Assembly (NCBI GenBank): GCA_036172245.1
Contig: JAYWIR010000005.1
Location: 3,844,001-3,908,000, forward strand
Direction: 5' to 3'
From: Raillietiella orientalis
Lineage: Eukaryota
DNA length: 64,000 nucleotides
Shown in pieces: positions 11,125 through 24,555 of this stretch. How positions within the stretch are numbered: position 1 is the stretch's first letter; each line of letters starts with the position of its first letter. The translations under genes and the position numbers were made by a program. The notes under the pieces were generated by a model. The model did no database searches and was not told where the DNA came from. It worked only from the letters and a program-made list of their open reading frames with translations.

Positions 11125-14100
11125 GGCGTAGGCGCTCTCGCCAGCTGGCTCGCTATATTCACCTTTGGATGGTGCCTCTTCTGGGTTGCGGTGTTCGGGG
11201 TGCGTACCGTTCAGGTGCTGCTGTTTTCTTGTTTTTTAGAGGAGAGGAGTCCGGCGCGCATCTCCAAGTCAGAGCAAGAGCAGGCGCTCTTTCCGGCTTT
11301 GAATGCCAAGGGTGAGGAAGGTTGGGAGGTGGGAAGAAAAGCAGGATTTGGAGGGTGAGGTGGGGATTTGAGGTGTTGGAAACTACCTCTCAGCTGTTTC
11401 CTCGAATGCGGAGAGGCGCGCGAGCATACTTCTGCGCGCTGACGTCAGGTGATGGAGCCTGGAACGCTGCTATGAGGAAACGCACGTAATCTCTTACTCG
11501 GAAAATGGACAGAACGATCACAAGGACCGCGAAGGACCTTTGCCAAAAATGCATCTTTGTGGCGGAATAAATGGGTTTCCTTGGAAACGTTTGGTGGGGT
11601 GAGGTAGGTTTCGCGCATGCGCTGCAGGTTCTCCGTCGGGTCACCATGGCGTGCACCCCGCGTGCGGACTGGTGTGGCATTCGGTGGTGCCACCGAAAAC
11701 GCGTAAGCGCCGTTGGGAAACGGCACACAAATGCGCTCCGGCGCGACTGGCGCGCGTCGCGCTGCCGAGGCACAGACAGTAACACCGCCTGGGCAACGGT
11801 AGGCGTCTGCAGGACCATGCATTCCAAAGCTGCATCCTTGAAGCGAGGCACGCTCCATCAGGATCGCAAATGCTTCTGTTTCCAGCCTCTGCGAAAGCAG
11901 CGTGCGTCTATCGTCTTCTTCCGAATCTTCGCGATCGCCTTCACTTCCGGGCATTCGAGAATTCTCTTTTTTGCTCAGCGGTAGGTCGGCGGACCTTTCG
12001 CGTGAGTGGTGGTGTTGAGGTGGGTTGAGATTGTTCGAACCTTGGCACGTTTTACTACTCAATTCGCAGCTATGAAATGAGCGACCCGATCTGAGTGTTG
12101 TTGTTCTCCAGTCTTATGCTAGATGCTGACCGTGGTTCCATAGATCACTTTCCACATTCGGCATCGTCTCCTGATCTTACGATCGATCTGACGCTTCGAA
12201 CAACCCTATTTACGACTCTGAGGAATTTTGACATCGTTTCTTCATTTATTGGAAGGATGTATGATTGCAGACTGTTGCGTAGCTTCCCTTTGCCCCTTGA
12301 GAGACCTCTTTCGCTGGTCCTATCAAGCTGCCTTCATCCCACCGTACCCTGGGGCCTTCAGGTTTCCCGGAAGGAGGAGGTTACGATGTCTCGCTCCCAG
12401 ATTCCAATGGCCCGCTGTCTCTGATGTTTTCTGCTGCTCCGGGAAGATGAATCGGGCATGGCTATCGCAGAAAGGCCGTGCTTCCACAGCTTTCTCCTGG
12501 GATCGGCATATTTCTTGAAACCAGTCCGCGTTTCCCTAACGTCTTCAATGCTCACTTCACTGCTTTTGAAGATAAGAGAGAACGAAACGACCCGAAAAAG
12601 CTTGGAGATTCTGAACCTTTCGTGGCTGAAACGAGAAGCATTTCGCCGAGGAGTCTTCAGCGCAGAATAGCTCTCTCTGTTTTCTTTGGAGCCAGCTTTC
12701 GCACATGCACGCCGAAGCACTCTTCAGACCTTTCGGATGTTCTTTCCGACAGAACTACCAAAACTTTTTTTTTTTTTTCAAGTGAAAAAAAGCACTGAGA
12801 TCAGGAAAAATTACCGGAGTTTGGTACGGTAATTGCATTTCCGAAAAACAAACTACCGTATTAATCTCATTTTGGGAATATTCTCTATCTTCAACAGAAT
12901 ACATGGATTCACAGAGCTTTTTTTGAGAGGAAATCAATGTAGAATGCTCAAGATGGGACAATGTGGCGAATATCTGAAGAGGGACCCATCTACTGATTTG
13001 CAACACTTCAAGAGTCCGTGTGAATTTCCATTTCCTAATCCTATTGCACTGCTGATTTGGTAGGGTTACGAAGAACCCAATTCAGACGGCATCATGCATT
13101 CATTTCGGCATATGCAAAAGATGTGGAGTTCGACTTCTTATACCATATATACACACCTGTTTTCTCTTTTGTTCCAATCATGGAATCTTTTGCTCACAGG
13201 TAATTCATTCGAATTAGTTTACCTCTGACTTTATAAGTCATTACTTATGATACTGTTGTAAATCCTTTTAATGATTAATATTGAACTGCCATGAAAATTG
13301 GCCCTGATGATTGTTTTGTTTTGTTCTCCCTAGGAGTTTCCCATGTTGCAGTTTCCAATTTCAGGATCATGCTTACAAAGTTAGATTGGCAGATTGAGAG
13401 CAGCTTTCATTTCCTTCTTCCTGCTCTGAGACAACAGAGTCATGCTGACGTGCAATAAGAAAATCGATAACTCACTTTTGATAAGATAACATGTTGTATT
13501 TCTACACCTTTGTCCGGGAAGAGTTATTAAATGCGTTTGGTAATCATTTGTTATTCGCACAAATTAATCAAGGAAAATTAAAGATTAAAAATGACGCAAG
13601 TATTTTATTGATTCAAATAATTGTATAAATCATGATGCATTTTCTGAAGATGTTTATATAGATATGCGCGTGCCTATGTGCAGCAGACTTCATTCAAGGC
13701 TGGTGAAACACGGCTCCTCATAGGAATCCGAGTTATACACAGCCTATGGGTTATACATGCATAATATGATATTTACTGAAGATGAAAAACGTAACATCAT
13801 AACAGCAGAATATTTGTTGATTACCTTAAAACAAGAAATTAAGCTTCTTATCATCTAGCTTACTGTAAAAGGAAAGCTTTTCGACTTTTGTGGATCCGTA
13901 AAAATAACTTCCCGATTTCAGAAAATAGAAAATGAATAGTAGCTTTAAAGTTCACAGATTTCCATGCTGCATTTTACTCTTTTGCATTTCGGCAACCTTT
14001 TTCCTCAAGTTTTACACATGTAACAGTCACCTGCAGCAGTGCAACAAGAGCCAACGTTAGGATTTCGCGACCTGATGCCCTGCAAGGCATTGGGTGTCTT

Positions 14101-14535
14101 GCATTACATTGCAAAACCAACACTTTCTTTGGTGGAAACTACAAGCAAAAATAAAGTTGGTAAGGTTCAATTGCTTTCCTTCTTTTGAAACTATCATTCA
14201 TTGGCAATGTTGCAATAGCTACTGCATGTTCAGTCCTTGAAAGAAACAAAAATTTGTAAAATGTTAGCTGATTAGCCATGAAAAACATTACCTATTTAAA
14301 ACACTTAAAAGTATGGAAATTTAAAACCGGAACTTGCTAGTTACATGAAAGCACCCTAAGATTAGAAATAATGGCTGCTGAAGCTGACCCAAAGAAAAAG
14401 ATTTGGAACCTAACATCTTAAAGGCCACATGCATGAGAACATGGACAGAAAATGAGCTATTTTATTCCAAAATAAAATCTAAAGAGTGCAAAATAGAATC
14501 CATAAGTGGTGCTATTAATCTAGAGTTCTTTTTCA

Positions 14536-15333
14536 TCACTTCTGACTGTCACTTTTAACAGCTATGGCCTCAATTTCTATCAGAGCACCCTGAAAAAATT
14601 TTTTTTTATACAAAAGTTGCCATAATACATCATACACACTTTTGGAAGTGCAGATACTTGGTAACATGCCCGAGCAGGAAAATCTTTCTGAAAAGCTAAC
14701 GGAGTACAATCATAAATATGGCACATAAATTGACTATTCACCTTCCTCATATAGCTGATTCACAACTGGCATGTGTGAAATGTCAGTCAGCAACACTGTT
14801 GTTTTAACAACTAGAAGATGACATCAAAAGTTTAATTAACTAATTAAAAATAAAAAAATACATGCAATATTATTAGCTTACTCCAAAGTTACATATGAGT
14901 GGAAAAATCAAAACATTTTTTAAGCACTTCATTATTCTCTGTTACTCAGTGTTTCTTAGCTACCATCACTTAAGGTGCAACCAGCTTCTTTGAGAATTGT
15001 CTGCATATTTTGAAGAACTTGCTGTGCTTCCGCGTTTATACCACCTTTGATCAACTCGCCGCTACTTTCCAGTCCTATCTGCCCAGACACATAGACCGTG
15101 TTGTTGACACAAACAGCTGGACTAAAATGTAAAAATCAATTGTACGAAAATCAATTTCCGAAGGCAATTTGTCTTTATTTTTATGGACAGTAAATTTGAT
15201 GCAATTACTGCTTCAGCGAAGCCAGTTTCTTAACACCTCGACTTTGTTAAAGGGATGACTCATTAAATGAAAGATTTAAAAGTTCGTACCTGTAGGCGCC
15301 CACACGTAGTCCATGGGTAATGACTCTCTTCAT
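14536..15333 (-). CDS. RIDA: RidA/UK114 (YjgF/YER057c) 2-iminobutanoate/2-iminopropanoate deaminase, 5 exons
   Basis: Exons 15333-15290, 15121-14964, 14810-14742, 14695-14640 and 14589-14536 give MKRVITHGLRVGAYSPAVCVNNTVYVSGQIGL...DVVKTTVLLTDI...FPARACYQVSALPKGALIEIEAIA. The catalytic Arg (PAR) and C-terminal Glu are present. All introns are GT-AG. The gene is absent from the ORF track. Confidence 0.94.
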
Positions 15334-18300
15334 CCTTCCTACGAATACAACAAATTAGGGGGAAAAGGCTCTGATGAGACCAACCCAAGCAAACGAATCA
15401 ACTTAAATCTCTTCCCACAAAATGTCGTGTTGAAACAAAATTTAGGTATACCCAATCTGTTCGTCGCATCATGATTAAATTGTCTTGAGAACCGATTTTA
15501 CTTGATCCAAATCAAGACAAACCGCACGCAAGCACGACTCATCCTTTCGTCCGCCTTTACCGAAGCAAACAAAAAAAAAAAGGTGAACTTCAAGCCCGAA
15601 GAGGACACAACAAAAACGAAAAGTAAAATGCTGGTTAGCAACCGTTCAACCAGCTTGCCATGGAATGCCATACCTTAACTGCCTTATCCGTTGTGGATAA
15701 GTAGGTTTATCTGCCCAGGGCAGCAGCGTCAGCAGCTCGGCCTCTCCTGATGATGAGAACTGGCAAGCAGGCGTTTCTGCACTGGAAAGCAGCGAAAATC
15801 CTTCAGCCTTGAACTTGCCTCCGGCGAGAGCACCGTGCACTGACTGCAGGATGCCTCCCTCCGTGGCTACCCGGCTGTTTCCTGACACAGGTCACCGAGG
15901 TCCTTCGCACGAGGTCTTGGGGGGTGGTTGACACGAAATGATTCGATCCGTGCCAAGGATTAGGTTGGAAAGCTTTTCAAAGAAGGATTAAAATTACATG
16001 AGTTGGCAAAACTTGCAATGTTAATTGCCATACTTGTAATGCAAGCAGAGCCGAAAATCGCAATTGGGTGCTGTCTGAGGAAAGATTCCAAGTTGCATAA
16101 CGAGGGTTGTAAGCTCAGTACAAACAAGTAAGTTTTCCTTAAGAGTTATTATTTAAAAATTTCGATTAGTAACTGCCCTATTTAGCATCCTACAGCATTT
16201 CTCATACCCGGCAAATAGTAGCTTTTTTACAAAAAGACTTTATATTGCTAGACATTTCTAAGAGCTTAATCAGTAAGAATCCCTTTTTAAATGCTTCCAA
16301 ATATGAGGAATTTTGAACTGTGCGATGATTTCCTGATCAGCATCTTGAAAATGCCTTTGGGAATTGCGATATGAAAAAACTTTTCCGTAGCTGAAGTAAT
16401 GGCCCTGAGGGCACCAAGATCCCATTCGTGAGAAAGATAAGCAAAAGACGACAGAACAAGGAAAATAATGGAAAACATTTTTAAGGCTTCGTATCAAGTC
16501 TCCAGTGAGGCTTAAATCGATATAAAAACTGAAGCTTTATATAAAAACGTCATTACTCGCTTACTTGACAGAAGAGAAAGGTTTTTGAGGATAATTTCAG
16601 CGAAACTCCTGTATGGCCGTGTACTAGCCGATAGTTGTTTCCGACAAAAACTGGTCTAAAGCAACGGCAAAATTCCTATTCTTGAAAAAGATGCAGCCAT
16701 GAATCAAAAATTTAAAGAAAATAGTTCAGGATACTTTCATTCCTGCTGGACAACGTCGTCTCATGGGGGACAGACACTTTTGTTCAGCGCTCTCACAAAT
16801 CATAAGATTGCGAATGCAAACAAATTAGAGGTACTGGATTAATTGAAATATGACCTTACAATTGTCGGATGTTTATGACAAAGTTGACTTTGCTTAAAAG
16901 AACATTGCTTCCTTTTTTTTTCAAAATACAACCCTTGTAAATAAATGACTTTGTTTAGGTATGCCGTGCTTGTTATATATAAACAACATTTGATAGTAAT
17001 AAGTGTTATATTTTAAGTGCTGCATATACAAGATACTGTTGACTATAGATCCTTCATATTCTATGATTGTAATAATTGCATGCTCTTATTGTTCCTCTCA
17101 ATTTTAAATAATGATCTTTATGAGGTTTTGCTTTTAAGTCCCTCTGAATTTTTCTTTCCATGTTGACAATTTGTATACACGATGTAAGAGAACTGAAGTA
17201 CCGCAAGACTTTGAACCATGTTGCTTTCGATAATTTTTTTTAGAGGCTTTTGATATTAAAAATTTGGCACATTTCATCTTTTTCATGTCGTTTAAAATAA
17301 GTCTCTATGCAGGAAGAAGTTTTTCTTTTTTACAGTTTAATTCCATTCAAGAGTGGTTATCATTCAAGTATCTTTTTTATGCAAAACAGCTTCTTTCATT
17401 GACTTGGAGGATTTTTCTGAAAATTCATGGCAAATATTTTCATGTCATTGTTGATCTTTAATTTTATCAGGTCATTAGCATTTCCAGATCCATTAGGCAT
17501 TTTAGTTCGTCTCGGTCTGTGAGACATTTCAAGAATTCTTTGTTTACTTGGTAAGTAACTGTGACAATCTGAGCTCAATCATCACTTGAATTACTTAAAA
17601 GAAACAGGGCTCATACATGGCAGACTTCAGTATGTCCACTGCTTTGTCTCGAGATGGATGGCATGAAATACAAATATGCTGACCGTATAACATGATACTA
17701 TATAGATGACGTATTTAAACTGTTTCTGGTTATCCTGGTATTCAGTGGTATCGGGAATTTATGTTTGTTGAAGCTATTGAAGATAAAAATTATCTTTGTT
17801 TTTTTTTTGCATGTTTGCAATGGCTTTTGTTTATTATTATTATTACTCTCTGCTTTGCCAAAATCAAGTTTCAGTGCATTCTATGGAAAAAAAACATACT
17901 TATCGCTTAGGACTGAAATTATAATGAAGATCAATCCAGGAAAGAATTAGGTTTCATTTTTTTGATTATTTTACAGAGAATTTACCACTATTATATAACA
18001 GATTAATTCAATAAATGCTGCTTGGAGATATGAAGAAAGAAGACCATTTTTTTATCATCCGAAGCTGGGCAAAGTGAATCATTTTGCCATTGCATCAGTG
18101 TTTTTAAATATGTTTGGATGCTTTTTAGACGCTTATGTATCAAAAATTAAGATATGAAAATGAAAAAGGAACTTCAGAACTATTCCTTGATTATTAATCT
18201 AATTTAGTCTAGTGGACTGGTGCAGTTGGCCTAATGCACATGTCCAAACGATAATGACTATCATCTCAAGTAATAGCATAAATCATATCGATGAACAAGG

Positions 18301-19572
18301 AAAATAGGTCCATTTTAACAGGATATATTCTAATGCAATGATAAAAATGGTAAAATACTAAAACATACGCTTTGACAAAACATCGAATAGTAAAGAATAA
18401 CGTGCACTCTGAAGCCTGCATGCAAATATTACCATTGAGAAAAATAATCCCAATTATGAGGCATCATTAGTACAGCACACGGTAATGTAAAAAAGAAAAC
18501 AAGAACAAGCTAAAATAGAATTAAACAAGGGAGATGGCATAATACAGCTGAGACACTCAAAGATAAAAAATTCCGTATGCAATCCAATACCTAAATGCCT
18601 AATAACTAAGAGTACCAGCTTACCATATTTACAGTTGTGAAAGTATTAGCTAATTGAATTTGTCAGAGAATCGCCCAGCACCCAGTTTTTTTGAAAACTT
18701 GATATCAGAGCTTTTCAAGTTCATAAGATGAGGATGTTTCATCTGAGTACGTTTGCAAACGCATGGGGTAGGCTGGTGTTGCAGTGTCGTAAAGTACCCT
18801 TGCTGGTGTGTAAGGAGCTGGGAAGGTTTTCGAGGATTTGGTTGTATCATGGTGTTGTCGGTGCAGTGTGTTGTGTACGTGAATTTGTATTTGGCTTGTT
18901 ATCGAAACGTTTGGTTTCCTGAATTTATTTTTTTCCTTGCTAAAGATATTCCAAAATGTCTGCATTGGGTGTGTAGAACCATCTCAGCTGTATTAATTGA
19001 TGCATCTCCACGTATTATTTCAAAATCCAAAGCCCAATATGACGATTAATTATCATTATTCTACTTGATAAAAGCGGAATTTAATGTTTATGAGTAGGTG
19101 TATGAAGTGTTAGAAATACGTTCAACGGCCATATTGGAATATTAAATAAGCATAATTACATGATGATAATCAGGCAATTGAGATGAAAGTGCGTGTGACA
19201 TTTTCTTCAGATTTTTGTAAATGACTTAAATGATTGTTGGAATCTTTTGTTTTCTAGTGAATATATGTAAGTTTGAAATAAATAGATTTGTGAAATTTAA
19301 TCCAAAATTCTGGAAGTACAGAAGTTTGTCATAAGTTAAGTAACATGCAATTTTTAGAAGTTCATATTCTTGCGATTGCAGTGTTGTCTTATTGGGAAGT
19401 TGAATCCTCCTTATGATAGAATTTGGTATGCCTAAATAATGTTGTATTTCAGAACATCCAATTAATGCAATTCTTGTTTATTTTTAATTTTTAGGTATCA
19501 TTAGAAAACTAATGCTTAACTTTATCATGTGCTATAAACTCAGTTTTGTTTTTCTCGAAAAATGTATTAAAA

Positions 19573-21552
19573 ATGCCAAGTGATACCACAACTGATGATG
19601 TTGCTGTTGAAAAATCAGCGGAATCTGTTAAAGAAGAAGATTCAGAAGATGACTGTGATATCCTTGAAGAAAGTCCATGTGGACGATGGCTGAAAAGAAA
19701 GGAAGAGGTTAATTTTAGCACTAATAGTATGCAATGAACCAATGTGCATTTCAGGTTCAGCAAAGAAATGTGCCTGGGATTGATGATGCTTATCTAGCCA
19801 TGGATACAGAAGAAGGTGTGGAAGTGGTGTGGAATGAAGTGACGTTTTCGGAACGCAGAAATTTCAAAGCTAAAGAGGAGAAAATTTGCCAAGTCTTTGA
19901 GAACCTTATTCGTCTTGAACATCCAAATATAGTCAACTTTCATAAATACTGGATTGATCATAAGGATGATCGTGCTCGAGTATGAAAGCTACCATTGACA
20001 GTGCATGCACAAATGTTTTGCCAGAATTGAAGGCTCTTGAATTTTTCAGGTCATTTTTATTACTGAATATATGTCTTCAGGGTCTTTGAAACAATTTTTA
20101 AAAAAAACGAAGCGTAATGTCAAGAAGATTCCTTTGCACTCCTGGAAAAGATGGTGTATTCAGATTTTGTCTGCCCTTAGGTATTTAAATGAAATCATGA
20201 TAGGGAGTACTTTTTAAGAGTTTGTATGAATGTGGCAGATATTACAATATAGGTTTCAGCTATTTGCATTCCTGCACCCCACCTATCATTCATGGTGACC
20301 TTACTTGTGACACTATTTTTATCCAACACAATGGTCTTGTGAAGATTGGCTCAGGTAGATAATTAAGGCAGTGAACAATATTATTATGATGTTCTATAGC
20401 TGCTCCAGATGCCATTCATCATTATGTAAAGACATGCCGAGAAAACATGCGCAACATGCACTACATTGCACCTGAATATGGCAGTATGTGCTTAATATCT
20501 CAATGACTGCTATATTTTTCAACAGCTGAAGGAGCAGTGACAACAGCTGCTGACATCTATTCATTTGGAATGTGTGCCCTTGAAATCGCTGCCTTAGAAA
20601 TTCATGGCAATGGTGATTCTGGATTACAAGTGACACCTGAAGCCATTGATAAAACAATTGATAGTCTAGATGACCCATTACAGCAAGACTTCATTCGATG
20701 TTGCTTGCAAAAAGATCCCAGCAAAAGACCTACTGCCCGGGAATTGGCTTTTCATCCTGTTTGTTTTGAAGTGCACACACTCAAATTATTAGCTGCTCAT
20801 TGTCTTCTGCGGAACACTAGTGAGTATAATTAGCTGCTGTTCAGTCCATTGTATGCATTGATTTTTTCAGAGTATCTGCCTGAGTCTTATGATGAATATG
20901 TTCAGCAACACTATAGTAGTGATAGTATCTTAGCAGAGTTTCCTCGTATAGATCAGTCAAACTTAGTATTTTACGTAAGAGATGCTCCAGTCAGTGAAAA
21001 ATTAGAGAAATTTATGGAAGATGTGAAGTACTGTATGCTGCACTGAGTTCCTTCAATTATATTTTTAGATTTGGCATCTATCCACTGACAGCATTTTGTC
21101 CTCAACAACCACATCCAATTGGCCCAGCTGCTGCTTCTCCTAAGAAAGATGCCCCCTTGAAATCTTCAGAAGACGGATTAGAGCAAGAAACTCGCAGAAT
21201 TTTAAATATGATGTGCAATGTGAAACCTTGTGAGGACAAGCAAGCACTTTTTGTTTGTGATTTCTGTTAAATGTTTCGTTCCCTAATTCCTCTTCAGATG
21301 ACTTTGTTACTAAGATTAGATGATCGTATGAATCGTCAGCTCTCCTGTGATGTGTATCAAAATGACACGGCTGCCCAATTAGCTGATGAACTAGTCCAGA
21401 ATGGTTTTATTTGCCAGGTGAGTGTTTTTCTTGTTTATTCAACAGCTGTTGTTTTGCAGATGGATCAGAATAAGGTAGCCAGTCTTATAGAAGATACATT
21501 AAGGAATTACTTACAAGGAGTTGCTTTAAGAACTCATTCAGCAGATTCATAA
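19573..21552 (+). CDS. NRBP1: Nuclear receptor-binding protein / Madm pseudokinase, 10 exons
   Basis: [99 protein letters not shown] and [15 protein letters not shown]. Introns are 47, 70, 79, 45, 42, 51, 41, 45 and 42 nt. Stop TAA at 21550-21552; AATAAA at 21587. Confidence 0.96.
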
Positions 21553-23316
21553 CACAAAGCTTTCTTCTGTATTAATTAATTAATTTAATAAAGACGATTT
21601 ATATTTTCATTCTGGAAAGCAACTGTATTGGTAAAGAAAACTAAACATTAGTAGTGTAGTGTGTTAATAGTTAGGTATTCTCATCACGCTTAGCAAATTA
21701 CTATAGCAAATTGAAGATAGTAAATAACTGCACTGCCACTTGCATCAATTACTACACTGTTTCGTCACGGTATTAGCTGTTCTTCGATATGAAACCTACT
21801 GTGATTTTGCAAGGAGAATCGAGGTGATGGGAAGGATGGAGTTTTCTCAGCAATTGTGTTAAGTCTGGATCAATCTCCAAGCAATTGATTAAGCTGCTAC
21901 CTGGCTGTCCATCCTTTAAATAGGCTTGAAGCTTATGATCCAGAAACGCTAATCAAATGTTTGAGTTCCCCATGCACACTTTGCAGTAAATCAGTGTTGC
22001 TTTGTGTTGGATTTTTTGTCCTCGTTAGTTCCAAGAGGTGGAGATGGAAGTCACGTAATATCAAAAGTGAAACTAAATTCATCATACATCAGAAAAAGAT
22101 GAAATCTTCAAAGCGTAATCTAAATCTTGAGCTTTTTCACGAGTTCAAAAAAACAACGATTATCAGGAATAGTATTTCTTGACTGCAGTTTCCTCCTAAA
22201 TAACTAAAGTAATGAGGGATTGCTGAGTTTAAGTAACCCAGCATTTGTGCCCACATACAAAAAATGTTAGCTTATACAAGGCCTGTGGATCTCAAGAACA
22301 ATTGGATTGAAACACACAGCAGCAATGAAGCGAGGTGCTTTTTAGATACTGCCGCAGATTTCTGGATTGTGTTTTAAAAAAAATGAAGATGAAAAACACA
22401 TGAGAGCAGTGATAAGGGAAAAGCACTTGAATTCAAATTTTGGCTCTTCCAGAAATTGTGCTCCCAAGCAATCATCCTTGATTTTTACAGTGTGTGACAG
22501 ATTAAGAGCAAAAATGCTCAGGTAACAGGAATATTTGTCATTCGAAGATTTCAGCTGAAAAATTGCAACTGCTGTGGTGCATTACTGGCTGCACAGATAT
22601 ATGAAAGCTAACTTATCAGCTTCATTCTGCAACAAAATGTATTTCCACCACGACTTTAGGGATGTCAAAGAAATAATGAAAAGTTTTGCTGCATTCAATG
22701 TCCTAGAAATGCCTATGAAACAGTCTATCAAGGTGTGAAATTCTACAATTCTACTCCCATCACTGGCGCAGGTATGTTCTCAAAAGAACAAAAAAATAAG
22801 TCAGCTGCATCCATAATATCGAACACAACTTGGTTTCTTATTCCCAAACTACGTGGCCATATTAGGGTTTGTCAGATTGGTGACATAAGCTGTGCAAGTT
22901 TCAAGACTTAGCTTGATAGATGGCAGTGTGACAGAAGATCTAAAAGGATAAATTGTTCCATACGTGATGCATAATTGTACGACAACAGCTTCGAACTCAG
23001 AGTACTAGATTGATTGACTGAAAGAACTTGAGAAATAAATCGTGATCGAAGTAAAAGTAGGAGGCCTTTCTATAAGAAAACACTTAATAACAGTAAACCA
23101 ACCTGATGCTACATTAAAGGATTTGAAAGAGAGCTCGACCTTTTTACAAAAGACTTTCCTATGGAAAAGCATTCAGGAAGTTCATTTTTGAGAAAGTCTT
23201 AGTGGAAAGAACTTTGAGGAGTGTTCTTCGAGGCGGAGAAATAAAACTTGAAAAACTCGTGAAGGTAGCTTCTTTTTCTCTCCGAAAACTGATTTTGAGC
23301 AGAGATACTCTGTGAG

Positions 23317-23362
23317 CCTGAGCATGCTCAAGCAGAGCATGCTCTGCTTGAGCATTCTCAGG
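23317..23362. repeat. 46-bp spacer-less near-perfect palindrome
   Basis: cctgagcatgctcaagcagagca|tgctctgcttgagcattctcagg, with one mismatch between arms. Confidence 0.95.
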
Positions 23363-24500
23363 ACCAAACGACTAAAATAGCCCATGGGAATTTCTAAGAA
23401 GCCATGTTCTTCTCCAAACGTATTAGTCATTAAGGAGATGCTCAACTTAACGACAAACTCAGGGTTCCTGTTGCTCAACGAAATTCATCTCGGAAAGCTT
23501 TCTTAGCATGTGCCTGGTTTTCTTGTTGTAACGGCAGTGCTGGGATCTTGAAATTCTCCGCTGCTGCCCATCATGGGCATAGGCCGAGCATTTCCAATCA
23601 CTGCATTCCACTGCTTCGACTTATAAAATGATGTTAGGTTTGCAAGACCATCACTGGGATTTGACAAATATTTTTTATTTGTTGCTCGTATCTTCAAACT
23701 ATGAACGTTACATTTTCGAGCAGTTGCTCCCTTTGGTTATCAAACACGTCGGCTGCTGCTAAAGACAGCATTAATTCCGAGACCACGCAATGAAATGAAA
23801 CTCCAGCGATTCCACACTGGGAAGTGTGGATTGGAAGGAAGTTCCACGTGTCGGTTGGGAGTGCCACACAAACCCGGTGTCTTCATTTCGTGAAAGCACC
23901 CCAAAATCCTGCTACTAAAAAGTGAGACGTTAGCGAAGGCGTTACTTCATCACCACTGGTTGTTGCGAGTTCTGAGATGGAGCTTTCCATTCCTGCGAGG
24001 GAAGTGAGGGCTAACGGAGGAAAGGTGGGAGAAAAGCAAGAGGATCATAAGTCGCATCCGGTTCGGGACTAGCATGGTTTAGGGTTCGTGCCAGTTTTTC
24101 GTAGGAAACGGAATTGCCCCCGAGGACCCCCTGTGGTAGCTGTTTCGATTGATGAACTTTAGTGGCAAGCAGACTGCACTGCAGGCCCGGGCTCAAGCGC
24201 GCAGTTGCGTGAATTGCGAAATATGGAAGTGTGGTCTCACAAGATGACTTCATTTTCTTCAGGAGGGTCCTAAACTCCCCCAAGAGCAGCGACAGAACTG
24301 AAATTCGAAACTGGTGAGAGCATCTTTATCCTCTCTCTACTTTTGCGATTTTACCTTCTAACCCTTCCCTACGTGGGATCTCGGGACATTCGCACCTAGA
24401 CGTCGTTTCGTCCCCTTCCCTGTTTATTTACTTATTGGTCTACCCTTCCCCTTCGCACTCGACTCCCTTCCACCTCTTTCCCAGCACTAGGATGAATCTA

Positions 24501-24555
24501 GCGTCTAAAACAATCCGTTCCGGCTTTAGATTAATTACCAGATTGTTTTAGACGC
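24501..24555. repeat. 15-bp perfect inverted repeat with 25-nt spacer
   Basis: gcgtctaaaacaatc (24501-24515) and gattgttttagacgc (24541-24555). Confidence 0.9.

Noticed and set aside
11390..12720. Minus-strand ORFs of 120-205 aa
   Set aside because: No recognisable homology or coherent exon chain, so they cannot be supported.
13600..14410. Possible small spliced minus-strand transcript downstream of RIDA
   Set aside because: Splice-like signals and an AATAAA are present, but no consistent ORF or RNA family could be assembled.
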